From Octopus vulgaris (taxonomy: Eukaryota), in assembly GCA_951406725.2 (NCBI GenBank), contig OX597838.1, forward strand, positions 29,016,001 through 29,080,000: 64,000 bases of DNA. The letters are read 5' to 3'. Positions 28,116 to 40,751 of the stretch are shown here, piece after piece (position 1 is the stretch's first letter; the number at the start of each line of letters is the position of its first letter). The notes under the pieces were generated by a model, which was not told the DNA's origin, did not search any database, and saw nothing but the letters and a program-made list of their open reading frames with translations. The position numbers and the translations under genes were made by a program.

Positions 28116-28239
28116 AAGAGACAGAGGAAAGTCCAAGAGAAAGGGAAGACAGAGGAAAAACAATCGCCAACAATCCACATATGGTTACATTTTCAAAATG
28201 TAACATTTTCCTTTTCTCTTGGACTTATCTCAGTTTTCT

Positions 28240-28275
28240 GTTTCTGAAGAAGAGTTTTTGCTCGAAATGTTAAAC
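28240..28275 (+). ncRNA. Minimal type-I hammerhead ribozyme
   Basis: GTTT-CTGAAGA-A-GAGT TTTT GCTC-GAAAT-GTT-AAAC. Confidence 0.7.
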
Positions 28276-28753
28276 AACCTTTTTTTTTCCTTCCCTGAAT
28301 GTCTTTTTATACTTTGCTTGTACCACAAATTGCTGATTTTTTTTTCTTGTCTTTTCTTCATTTTTTTTGTTTTGGATTAACTATTTACCGCCTGATTTTG
28401 GAGTACCTAATTCACAGAATTCTTTCTACCATCAGATTCCATTACCTTACTCATTCGGAGTACGCAATTTCTACACCCCCCACACACATTCGTTTCCCAA
28501 TCCATATTCCATAACCTCGTATCCTTCGCTAGTGACTCAATGCTAGATTGGTTACACTTATATCTTTATAGCAATCCATCAATCCAGCCATCAAGCTATT
28601 TGTCTATCCGTCCGTTCGTCTGTCTGTCCATCCATCCATCCATCCATCCATCCATCCATCCATCCATCCATCCATCAATCCATCCATCCATTCATCCATC
28701 CATCCGTATATACATACATATATATATACATTGATCATCTGCCAATCCCTCAG

Positions 28754-28824
<71 letters not shown>

Positions 28825-28884
28825 GTCTGTCTGTCTGTCTGTTAGTCTGTCTGTCCGTCCGTCCGTCCGTCCGTCGATCCATCC

Positions 28885-28967
<83 letters not shown>

Positions 28968-29230
28968 CCTCTCTCTCTCATCTCTCGCTCTCTCTCGATC
29001 TATCCAGTTAAACCGTTCAATAAATGATAACCACGCCACAACTCCCCCCCATCCCAACCCACCACCGCCAGTAATACCATCATCAGCAACATCAGCAGCA
29101 GTGGCACACACGCTAATAGATTTTAGATTAACCACGGCAAATAGACAATCGCTATATAACATAACATGCTATGAAATGCAATATAACAATGCAATGCTAC
29201 CCATAATATAACATTACAAATATGATTTAC

Positions 29231-29421
<191 letters not shown>

Positions 29422-29482
29422 TGTATATATATATATATATATATATAAATATATAATATATATATATGTATATATATATATG

Positions 29483-29523
<41 letters not shown>

Positions 29524-29638
29524 CACACACAGATAATATATATATGTATATATACACACACACACATATATATAGATAGACAGATACATAGATACACACA
29601 TATATACATATATATATATACATATATATATATAAACA

Positions 29639-29674
<36 letters not shown>

Positions 29675-29930
29675 TATATAAATATAAATATATATATATA
29701 TATTTATTTATTTATTTATATATATATTTGATTATATATATATATATATATACATTATATGTATGTATATATATGTATATATACGTGTAACGTATGGTTA
29801 AATGGAGTTGTGATAGAGTTATTAAAGATATATGAAGGTAGGGGCAGAAAAACGACTCGATGTATGGGTGTGTAAACATGTCTGTATACATGCGTGTATA
29901 TAGATATATGTATGTGTATATATATGTATA

Positions 29931-30003
<73 letters not shown>

Positions 30004-30142
30004 ACACACGTAGGTATTGTACAATGCTGTACTCTGACAATGGATACAGCTGCAATTTGTTGAATGCCTTCCACTTACCTTACAATCCATTTTTCTTTTT
30101 AATTTCCTATTTCCATAACATCACAATTAACTGGATCGTATA

Positions 30143-30175
<33 letters not shown>

Positions 30176-30328
30176 GTCTACTTTCGGTTTCTTCCCTTCT
30201 GTCTTTCTCTGTGTGTGCGTGTCTCTCTCTCTCTGCTTTCTCACTGCTCTCTCCTCATTTTCTCTTTCCCCTCTTTCTGCCTCTCTCGATGTATGTATTT
30301 GTTCTTACATACCTATGCATATCTGTGT

Positions 30329-30361
<33 letters not shown>

Positions 30362-30558
30362 CGCGTATCCATGTGTGTGCGTGTAAGTTTGGATACAATA
30401 CATGTTTATGTTGTATGTATATTTGTGTGTGCATTTATGCATGTATGCATCTGTTTACTTATTCTATCGGTCTCTTTTGCCGAACTGTTAAGTTTCGGGG
30501 ACATAAACACACCAGCTTCGGTTGTTAAGCGATGGTGGGGGAAAACTCAGACACAAAG

Positions 30559-30610
<52 letters not shown>

Positions 30611-30684
30611 GTGTGTGTTTTTATGCATATGTATATATATATATATATTCATTTATTCATCTTTACAGAAGATATGAGGAGTTT

Positions 30685-30917
30685 GGTAGACGGAAACTGA
30701 AAGAAGCCTGTCGTATATATGTATATATATATATGTGTGTGTGTGTTTGTGTGTCTGTGTTTGTCCCCCTGTCATTGCTTGACAACCGATGCTGGTGTGT
30801 TTACGTCCCCATCAAGCAAAAAGAATAGAATATTACAAAGAATAAGTCCCGGGGTCGATTTGATCGACTAAAGGCGGTGCTAAATGACTGAAACAAGTAA
30901 AAGAGTAAAAGAGTAAA
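30685..30917 (+). mobile_element. 5'-truncated SINE family A with a long target-site duplication
   Basis: It is flanked by identical TTCATTTATTCATCTTTACAGAAGATATGAGGAGTTT at 30648-30684 and 30934-30970. Confidence 0.8.
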
Positions 30918-31162
30918 TATATATATATATATATTCATTTATTCATCTTTACAGAAGATATGAGGAGTTTAGGTCAAGTAACTAAAACAAAATATGCGTT
31001 CTGAGTGCTATAATAAGTGATCCGCCAAAATTCAAATTCCAGTTACAACAGCGACTGGAGTTGTGGTTGTGTGAATGTCTTGTTCGAAAAAAAAAATAAC
31101 AAACTGGCGGTTGGTAGGTTACCTTTGAGTCACTAGGTATCGATTAAAGTAGTGAGGAAAGG

Positions 31163-31220
<58 letters not shown>

Positions 31221-31306
31221 CATTAAATTTAGGGTAAAAATTGATATTTATCAATTAGAACCAGTGGTCTAGCATATTAAAGAAAGAATCCGAAGATTAA
31301 AATATT

Positions 31307-31461
31307 TATATATACCAATTAAGGACTGAACACGAAAAAGTGGACAGTCAACATGCTAGATATAGACGTCAAATCGCCATTCTCCACAAAATGGAGAATG
31401 GCGATTTGACGTCTATATCTAGCATGTTGACTGTCCACTTTTTCGTGTTCAGTCCTTAATT

Positions 31462-31471
<10 letters not shown>
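31307..31471. repeat. Perfect inverted repeat (80-bp arms, 5-nt loop CAAAA)
   Basis: 31307-31386 is the exact reverse complement of 31392-31471. Confidence 0.95.
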
Positions 31472-31542
<71 letters not shown>

Positions 31543-31687
31543 CTGTGTTTGTGTTTCCATATGTATGTATATGTCTATATCTATAGATTTAGTGGGAGCT
31601 TAGTAGGAAAATAGCAATCCCAACCAAACATTTCACTGTTGATTCCTTAAACATGACTGGAAATGAAACTGGCCACACTAGAAAAGT

Positions 31688-32253
31688 GTTTTCTGGCTTA
31701 ATTCCCCTTTTAGTGTAAATGTAGTAGCAGTTGTTGTAAAACATTTATATATTTTAATCATCAGACACTTCTCAACCGACGATAGATTCCATAAGCAATT
31801 CAACATGCCTAACACAAAAATGAGCTACAACTACAAAAAGAAACAAACAAAGCCATAACTAATCAAATATCTAGAAATCTCGTCACAGCCGACTGTAACA
31901 GAAAAAGAAATCATTGCTGGTTAATTAGAAATAGCTTAAACAGAAGAAACCTAATAGGCACCACTACATGGGAAGGAAGAAGTAAATACGAAATATATGT
32001 TGGAGCAAGAAGGATTTCAAAGTCAGATATACGAAACATATACACTTGTTTTGTAATAAATACAGAAAGAATGTAATGTCCCTGTCATAACACATTTGGA
32101 AAGTCGTAAACAATGCCATCGTAAATGTAAATGATTGCGGAGGTTTTCGAAGTACTCCAGGAAAAAAAATCTATTATCTTGCAAATAATAGTCGCAGTCA
32201 AAGAACTGATTTTATCTCTGATTGTGGGGACAGCTAGAAAAGTCGTTTCCTAA
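31688..32253 (+). pseudogene. Decayed Penelope-like element ORF (linker plus GIY-YIG endonuclease)
   Basis: It reads VFWLNSPFSVNV..KHLYILIIRHFSTDDRFHKQFNMPNTKMSY (cf. PLE WFNPPFS..HFP..LHKIFN..K.SY). DCNRKRNHC, IYVG, FKVRYTKH..LS*HIW and QRTDFISDC follow, with stops and frameshifts. Confidence 0.8.
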
Positions 32254-32621
32254 AGAATTTATCTCTCTCGTTCTCTTGATCGATATAATCCGTCACCAGA
32301 TTTAACATCAACACTTGGTCCTCGGATGTCTTTATGCGGCATCCACTTCGTTGTGCACTTTCATCACAGAGTTACGATTATGGTTAAGCGTAGAGGTAGG
32401 GTTTTCGGATCCTGGAAAGGACCCCGCATACTAATTAATCTCCCTCTGATTAACCCATTTAATTCTTTACCTGTCCAAAGCATTTTCATGAGTTTGTCCT
32501 AAATGGACATGCTTCTTTTCAGAATTTTAATTAGCCCTTGTTTTGTAAGTTATGAGGTATGTCATAGGTTTCCTAAGCTATTCTGGTATTTTGAAACATA
32601 TTGCGAGTGTGTATCATATGA

Positions 32622-32848
32622 GGCGGCAAGCTGGCAGAAACGTTAGCACGCCGGGCGAGATGCGTAGCCGTATTTCGTCTGCCGTTACGTTCTGAGTTCA
32701 AATTCCGCCGAGGTCGACTTTGCCTTTCATCCTTTTGGGGTCGCTAAATTAAGTACCAGTTCCTCACTGGGGTTGATGTAATCGATTTAATCCCTTTGTC
32801 TTTATTTGTCCCCTCTATGTTTAGCCCCTTGTGGGCAATAAAGAAATA
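32622..32848 (+). mobile_element. SINE family B, full length
   Basis: GGCGGCAAGCTGGCAGAAACGTTAGC..GAGTTCAAATTCC (box B)..tail AGCCCCTTGTGGGCAATAAAGAAAT. Confidence 0.9.
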
Positions 32849-33552
32849 CATATGCTGTATAGACGCCAGGAAAATGTCTATGAATCACATGTTATACATA
32901 GGACAGACCAAGGGCTGAAAGACTAACAAAATGTCACTAACAGTCACTCTTTTCTGGTGTTTTACACTGAAATAATCATCGGGTATCGGCTACGTACAAC
33001 AACAGTCCTTATTTAAACTGTGTTGTATGTTCAGTGTTCAGGTGTTTTTTTTTTGTTTAAAGGAAAAAGAATTTCGACTTTACAAAGTAATCCATCATGG
33101 CGATATCAATCCCCGTTTCGAGATGTTTCAAGATAACCGTTATTTAAGCCGAGGCATTAGAGGAATTTATCGAGAGATTTGACTTATCGTTTTTTTTTTT
33201 TAACCAACTTATCGCATTAGCTCGGTTTCGTGTTTTAGTTTTCAGCCAGGATAAAATACGTTCAGTTGAAAGAGAGAAAGAGAGAGAGAGAGAGAGACAG
33301 AGAGGGAGACAGAGAGAGAGAGAGAAAGAGAGAGAGAGAAAGAGCGAGAGAGAGAGAGTGTGAGGGGAAGGGAGAAAGAAACAGATTGAGAGATATAAGG
33401 AAATGGGGAGAGACTGATACTTACACACATATGTATGTGTATGTATGTATGTTTGTATGTATATATATATATATATATATATAGTGTTTGCTCAATTCAA
33501 CTCACGAAAGTATGAGGGTAGAGACATTAAAAAATCAAATGCAAAGGTTATT

Positions 33553-33605
33553 TGAGAACGTACGTTTCAAGATTAGTCAAAATCGACACTTCTATCATCA
33601 GCTCA
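33553..33605 (-). ncRNA. Type-I hammerhead ribozyme, canonical CUGAUGA/GAAA core
   Basis: TGAG-CTGATGA-T AGA..GTC gatttt GAC..TCT T-GAAAC-GTAC-GTT-CTCA. Helix III ACGTACGT is a perfect palindrome. Confidence 0.8.
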
Positions 33606-34022
33606 GAACTCCCTGGTTTGGATTTGAAAACACTGAAAGTGGGAGCATACCCTTTCGGCCTGTTATCGCTTCTGAAGATCTGCTCAAAGCTAACAGTGTT
33701 AGCAAATTCAAATATGCAAACGAAGAATTTCTGCTCTCCCCTTTCCACCAGCGTGGGTTAAAATCAGCAAACACTATGCTTTTTTCGGTAAAATCCGAGG
33801 CATTATATAGAGAGAGATGCTCAAAACTAACAGTGTTAGCAAATTCAAATATGCAAACGAAGAATTTCTTCTTTAAGTATTGGAGATAGTTTTAAAAAAG
33901 TTTTTTTAGCTGCTATTTCTAATGAGTTCAGTATGCGGCAAAGTAATTTTATTTTACTAAGCCCTTTTATATATATATATATATATATATAATATATTTA
34001 TATGTATATGTATATATATATG

Positions 34023-34118
<96 letters not shown>

Positions 34119-34132
34119 TGTATGTGTATATG

Positions 34133-34287
<155 letters not shown>

Positions 34288-34849
34288 CATATACACACTC
34301 ACGTACATCGATACAGAATAAGGGAGGCTTTATATGCTAGTTATGCTAACCAAACTTTCCTCAAATCCCATTGGACCGCCTTGTAGGAGTGATGGACACC
34401 TTTGACCATACTTTCTCAGATGCATTATGCCTGAAACAACAACAACAACAACAAATCAAGATGGACACTACCGGAAGATTTTTAAACATAAAGTCTGTTG
34501 GATCAAAACTAGTCCGAACGTTAAATAATAAAGCTTTCCCCCGAGTTCTACACAGTCCCAGGATTGGTTGCCCGGATTCTCTGGTTTATATATTCACCCA
34601 GCTTGTCGCCAGGTGAGTGGACTAAAAAGTAAGTTACCTTTGCGAGTCATGCCAGGCTCATTAGGGGCCAGTTTCTCGGTTTCCGTATATATTCCCTGTT
34701 CCCAGGACGGAATGCCAATCCATCGCAGGGTTACTCATTTTTGCCAGCTGAGTGGACTGGAGCAATGTGAAATAAAGTGCTTTCGCTCAAAAACACAACG
34801 CGGTCCAAGGATCGAAACAAATTTTCTCAAAACAACTTGTCCGACCGTC

Positions 34850-35131
34850 CCATAGGCTTCCCCATTGAGAAACACTGATTTAACCTAAATTTGAGACACC
34901 AGCAAAAGATGGATTTCGACTGATGTACTTGCGCGTACAAATGCACTTTCCCACGGCTTTATCGATCGCATTCTCAGCTGGAATCGATTTTTGTAATTTT
35001 TTCAAGACTTATACACGCCCTGATACCGTCGGTATCTACATATCAAATTTGAGCGCAATCGGATGGAGGATGCCCGAGATCCCAGAAGACACACACACAT
35101 ACACACACAGAAAGGATTCTATATTATAGAT
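34850..35131 (+). mobile_element. Non-autonomous Helentron/DINE-1-like element, 3' part
   Basis: It ends CAAATTTGAGCGCAATCGGATG...(CA)n-CAGAAA..TATATTATAGAT, the architecture typical of HINE/Lep1-like elements. Confidence 0.45.
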
Positions 35132-35485
35132 AACCCGAACAATGGAGCATTGAAAATATATGATGGTGGTCTCTCGTAGACTGAGAAAGGCGGTTTTGCG
35201 GTTTCTTGTTGAAAAACCTGCACAAATGATTTTGTTTTATAGTGATCAGATCTATGTCCCGTGCATTAGCTCACTCCTGCCATGAATTCGACGTTGTGTG
35301 AACAGGGACACGGTGTGCCCCATGTAAGGTATGGTAATGATCGCAGAGCCACGTTAGATGAAGTGTTTTTTTTTCAAGAGCACATTGCACCACCCAGTCT
35401 AGGAATTGAAACCACGATCTCGCGATTGTGAGTGTAGCCTCCTGATCACTAGGCCACGCACCCTCACCAATCAAAGCATAATCTG

Positions 35486-35520
<35 letters not shown>

Positions 35521-35974
35521 GAAAAAAGACACCTTTTATCAATCAAAATAAACAATTAAATTACACCATCTAGAAAAGTACATATAATAGAAAAGTTAAA
35601 ATTAAAATAACAATAAAATGTAAAAAATAAGTAAATTGCAAAAATAATAATAAAAACGTATATAATAGGTAGAAAAACAATGTTCATTTTGAATTGATAA
35701 AAGGTGTTTTTTTTCTAATTTTTTATATATATATTATATTGTGTGAAATTTTATTTAGTATTTCTAAATTGAATTTTTTTCCTTGTAAGTTTGGATTTTA
35801 TTCCCTCAAATAATAATAATATATATATATATATAAATCAAGAGTATGTTCTTGTCGAGAAAACTCTTTCCTACACTTTTGCAAATTGACTGGTTTATCA
35901 TTACTAAGAGTTCCCTCTTTCAAAGGGCTTTTATGACACCTAGCTTTCTTTGCCGTTTTTATCGGCTTTTATTC

Positions 35975-36004
35975 CGTACCTTTCGTTTTTTTCTTTCTTT
36001 CTTA

Positions 36005-36054
<50 letters not shown>

Positions 36055-36179
36055 CCTTTCTTTCTTTCTTTCTTTCTTTCTTTCTCCTTCCTTCCCTCCT
36101 TCCTTCTTTTCTTTCTTTATTCTTTCTTTTTTCCTTATTTGTTTGTTTCTTTCCTTCCTTCTTTCTTTCTTTCTTTCAT

Positions 36180-36231
<52 letters not shown>

Positions 36232-36240
36232 TCATTCTTC

Positions 36241-36287
<47 letters not shown>

Positions 36288-36291
36288 TCAT

Positions 36292-36343
<52 letters not shown>

Positions 36344-36620
36344 TACTCTCCCACATTTCTTCTTTTCTCTTCTCTACCTTTTTTTTACTTTCCCTTTCTC
36401 TCCGTCATTCATTCTTTCTTCTTCTTTCTTACTTTCTGCCTCTCTCTCCTTCTGTCTCTGTCTGTCTGTCAGTCTCTCTCTCTCTCCCTCTCTCTCTTCC
36501 TTCGTTCCTTCGTTCGTTCCTCCGTTCCATTTTCCTTTTCTCTTTTCCTCTTCCTTCCCTTCTCTCTCCTTCTCCCTCCCTCTATTACTATACTCATTCA
36601 TTCATTCATTCCTTTATTTG
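35975..36620. repeat. (TTTC)n / pyrimidine tract
   Basis: A polypyrimidine tract of about 650 bp. Confidence 0.9.
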
Positions 36621-37217
36621 TCCATTTATTTATTTACTCATTCACTCCCCGCCCCCGCCCGCTAATTCATTCCTCTTCTTCCAATTGCTTCTTCTAAACT
36701 CTTTCATCCAGTGTTATTTACATACTTATTTACATCTCAACGTTTTCGCATCAAATACACAATTACAATGGTGCCGCTGTGTAAGTCTATCTGTATGTGT
36801 ATGGCTGTGTATACTTGTGTATATATATATACACAAATGTACGTATACATATATAATATATACACACACATATAACACACACATATGTATACATACATAT
36901 ACATATATGTTTATATATATTACAAAGACATATATACATACATACAAGCGTATATATGCACGAAAAATGTATGTATATATACATATATATGTATATGCAT
37001 GCATATATATATATATATACATACACACACACACACACACATATATATATGTATATATATATATATACATACATATACATATATATATATGTATATATAT
37101 ATATATACATACATAGATACATACATAGACACATACATACATACATACATCCATACATACATATATATAAACATATATATGGATGTATACATTCCTTGTA
37201 GGCGGCCACGAGGTATT

Positions 37218-37236
37218 TAGCGCCCCCTGGCGGTGG
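37218..37236 (-). promoter_or_regulatory. Candidate CTCF binding site
   Basis: The minus strand reads CCACCGCCAGGGGGCGCTA, a close match to the CTCF core CCASYAGRKGGCRS. It lies in a small unique GC-rich island. Confidence 0.55.
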
Positions 37237-37357
37237 CAGTGGTGGAGGTTGTGGTTGTTAAACGTCCAAATCTATCATCATCATCTCGAGCCTAGTTCTC
37301 ATTTAAACACGCACACACACTCATATATATATATATAAACATACATACATACATACA

Positions 37358-37426
<69 letters not shown>

Positions 37427-37502
37427 TTGTACACATATACACCTATTTACATATGCATTTGCATATATATGTATGTACATGTATGTATATGGATGTACGT
37501 AC

Positions 37503-37534
<32 letters not shown>

Positions 37535-37633
37535 TTGTGTGTGTTTGTGTGTGTGTGTGTTTGTGTGTGTGTTGAAATTCCAAATGCTCCTCTTGTAGCT
37601 TTCGTTATCAGCCATGCGTGCTTACATTTTATC

Positions 37634-37716
<83 letters not shown>

Positions 37717-37937
37717 CCGTTTTAGATATTTTTTGTTTTATATTTTTGCTTTTAGTCGATGTAATCGGATTCTTCAATTTTACACGAAACTGGAAAATTC
37801 GTTCCCCGCCGCCGCCGCCGCCGCTCACACATTCAACACAGAATTGGCGTTTCCTAAGTTTGCTGCAGATTGAACAGCATCCCTCTTCTGCTTCTTTACT
37901 CGTATAATTTGAGGAAGGTGGGAGACGGTCAGAGGCA

Positions 37938-37985
37938 GTAGACAGACAGATAGACAGATAGATAGATTAGATAGATGGATAGATG

Positions 37986-38043
<58 letters not shown>

Positions 38044-38158
38044 AAGAAAGATAGATAGATGGATAGATTGATGGATAGATAGATAGATAGATAGATAGAC
38101 AGATGGACAAACAGACATACAAATAGACAGATTGATTGATGGATGGATAGATAGATAA

Positions 38159-38235
<77 letters not shown>

Positions 38236-38491
38236 AAGAAAGATAGATGGATAGATAGATGGATAGATTGATGGATAGATGGATAGATTAGATAGATAGA
38301 TTAGATAGAAAGATAGATAGATTGATAGATAGATAGATAGATATGTTTCTTTATTAGCCACACAGGGCTGCACACAGATAGAACAAATTACAAGGTAGAG
38401 CTTTTCTTTTGAAGGTTTAAAAAAAAAAAAGATAGATAGATAGATGGATAGATAGATAGATGTATGTATAGATAGATAGATAGATAGATGT

Positions 38492-38541
<50 letters not shown>

Positions 38542-38542
38542 T

Positions 38543-38592
<50 letters not shown>

Positions 38593-38760
38593 CAGATAGA
38601 TATGACAGATATATTGATTGATAGAGAGATAGACAGACAGACGGACAGACAGACAGACAGATAAATTGATTGATAGATAGATAGACAGACAGACGGACAG
38701 ATATCTGGATAGATAAATAAATAGATAGATAAACAAACAGAAAGATAAATATACACTTAT
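37938..38760. repeat. Compound (GATA)n/(GACA)n microsatellite
   Basis: Direct observation. It is interrupted by a short retroposon tail at 38345-38430. Confidence 0.9.
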
Positions 38761-38814
38761 ACATGTACACAGATAGAAAGACAAAGTCAGATAGCCAGGT
38801 GTGTAGATAGATGG

Positions 38815-38866
<52 letters not shown>

Positions 38867-38873
<7 letters not shown>

Positions 38874-39797
38874 TGAGGGTACTACTATTCATAGATACAA
38901 ATTGACATAGGGGTTGTAAATGCAACCCTTCATGGGATAACATATATCCAATATACTGCTAGTGAAGTACCCAACAAAGTTAATACATAAATGTTAATGA
39001 TTGCGATGCAATCAATTCATTTACTGTATTATATGGCAAAGGTAAAATGATTTACCACAAATTACTAATACAAGATAAGAAAATGGAGAAATACATCTAA
39101 ATCAAATATCAATTACCAGATAATACTCAATCACATACTTTGTCATAAGGAAAATTACTAACTGGAACCCGGACATACATATGTGCCACTTTGGATCCTA
39201 ATGTAAGCATTATTAATAATATTATGAATGATAATAATGGTAGCATTAATGGTATTGACAACGATAATGATGCTAACTTTAATGACACTTTGGAAATTAG
39301 TAGGAAGTAATATAATGTACTATTGACTATGTATATTTGCATCTAGGTACTAATATGTGTATGTTTATTATCACAATATTAAGTTGAAAAACTGAAACAT
39401 TGAATGTGGAACATATATATGTTTACTAACTTATATTATTTATTTACATTATTATGAATATGTATATTTTTATATGTATAGGAGTGTGAGTATATGCACT
39501 CATATGTATATATATATCTCCGAAGAGGCCTTATGATATTTTTGTAAATGTCTCATTTATATCTATATATTGACCTACCATAAATGGCTAAAATTGGTAA
39601 AATGAGACATACTTATCTACATGGCCGAAACAGCTGTAAGATGTAATCTATACTTATATTTATATTTACTTATATTTATATTCTCTTTTTTATATATATT
39701 CTACTTATTATACAACATTACTCTTTTATGTACATTTTTTTTATGTACATTCCTTTATGTACACTGATTTGTTCTGCTTTTTTATGTTTAACCCTTA
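38867..39797 (+). mobile_element. PLE-type non-coding element with HHR, inserted in (TA)n
   Basis: It is flanked by (TA)n on both sides, shares two blocks with 24238-24642 and contains the HHR at 39514-39644. Confidence 0.7.
39514..39644 (+). ncRNA. Type-I hammerhead ribozyme (U4C) with very long helix II
   Basis: ATATCT-CCGAAGA-GGCC...TGTCTCATTT...AAATGAGACA...GGCC-GAAAC-AGCT-GTA-AGATGT. Helix III is the palindrome ACAGCTGT. Confidence 0.75.
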
Positions 39798-39805
39798 TAT
39801 ATATA

Positions 39806-40345
39806 TAAGGTGATTAAAATCAAAATAAGCTACAAGGATATCCAGAAGTAATGCAGTACGATCGTTTCATGCAATTCCATTTAATTGAACAATGCAGAGC
39901 AAACTTCAGCAGATTTTTTGTTTTTATGGGGTTAGTTTTAATTTATAGACTAGTTTATCAAATCCCTTGTATATCTAAGGGATTTGATAAAAAAAAATCA
40001 GTGGCAGGGAGAGTCTGTAACAATATATATCTTGAAAATTCAATAACTTCTAAACTGGAGTGAGGCAGCATGTTTTTGTCTATCTCCTTAACTACTTGGA
40101 GATATTAGGTATAATTATACTAATGTGTCCATCTGTTCTAATTTAATTAAATTCTACGTATTTGTGCAGCTGAAGATTGCTCTGCATTTTAAATTGATGT
40201 AATGATTGCATTGTTCAATTAAATGGAGTTGCATGAAACGATCGTACTGCATTACTTCTGGATATCCTTGTAGCTTATTTTGATTTTAATCACCTTACTT
40301 TGAAATTGTATGGATAATACCGTACTAAATTCTGGTGCCTCAATT
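39806..40345. mobile_element. PLE-type element with a 91-bp inverted terminal duplication; HHR in both arms
   Basis: 39806-39896 is the reverse complement of 40207-40297 (1 mismatch). The minus-strand HHR lies at 39852-39912. The right part is homologous to 21445-21626. Confidence 0.8.
40165..40251 (+). ncRNA. Type-I hammerhead ribozyme
   Basis: TGCAG-CTGAAGA-T TGC...GCA T-GAAAC-GATC-GTA-CTGCA. Helix III is the palindrome ACGATCGT. Confidence 0.8.
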
Positions 40346-40365
40346 TAAGTACCATATTCACATAA

Positions 40366-40442
<77 letters not shown>

Positions 40443-40447
40443 CCTAC

Positions 40448-40499
<52 letters not shown>

Positions 40500-40634
40500 A
40501 TGTCTGTCTGTCTGTCTGTCTATCTATATGTCTGTCTATTTATTTATCTATCTATATACGTATATGTATGTATGTATATATATATTCATACACACCCACA
40601 TATATACATATACATACATACATACATGCATATA

Positions 40635-40751
<117 letters not shown>

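Larger units (their letters stand above)
27975..28383. mobile_element. Inverted pair of short PLE-type elements, each with a minimal HHR
   Basis: The left arm (-) and right arm (+) are both homologous to 62236-62443 and join at the palindrome GTTACATTTT-C-AAAATGTAAC. Confidence 0.75.

Noticed and set aside
35846-37116. Long hydrophobic F/L/S-rich ORFs resembling membrane proteins
   Set aside because: They derive from (TTTC)n and (TA)n tracts.
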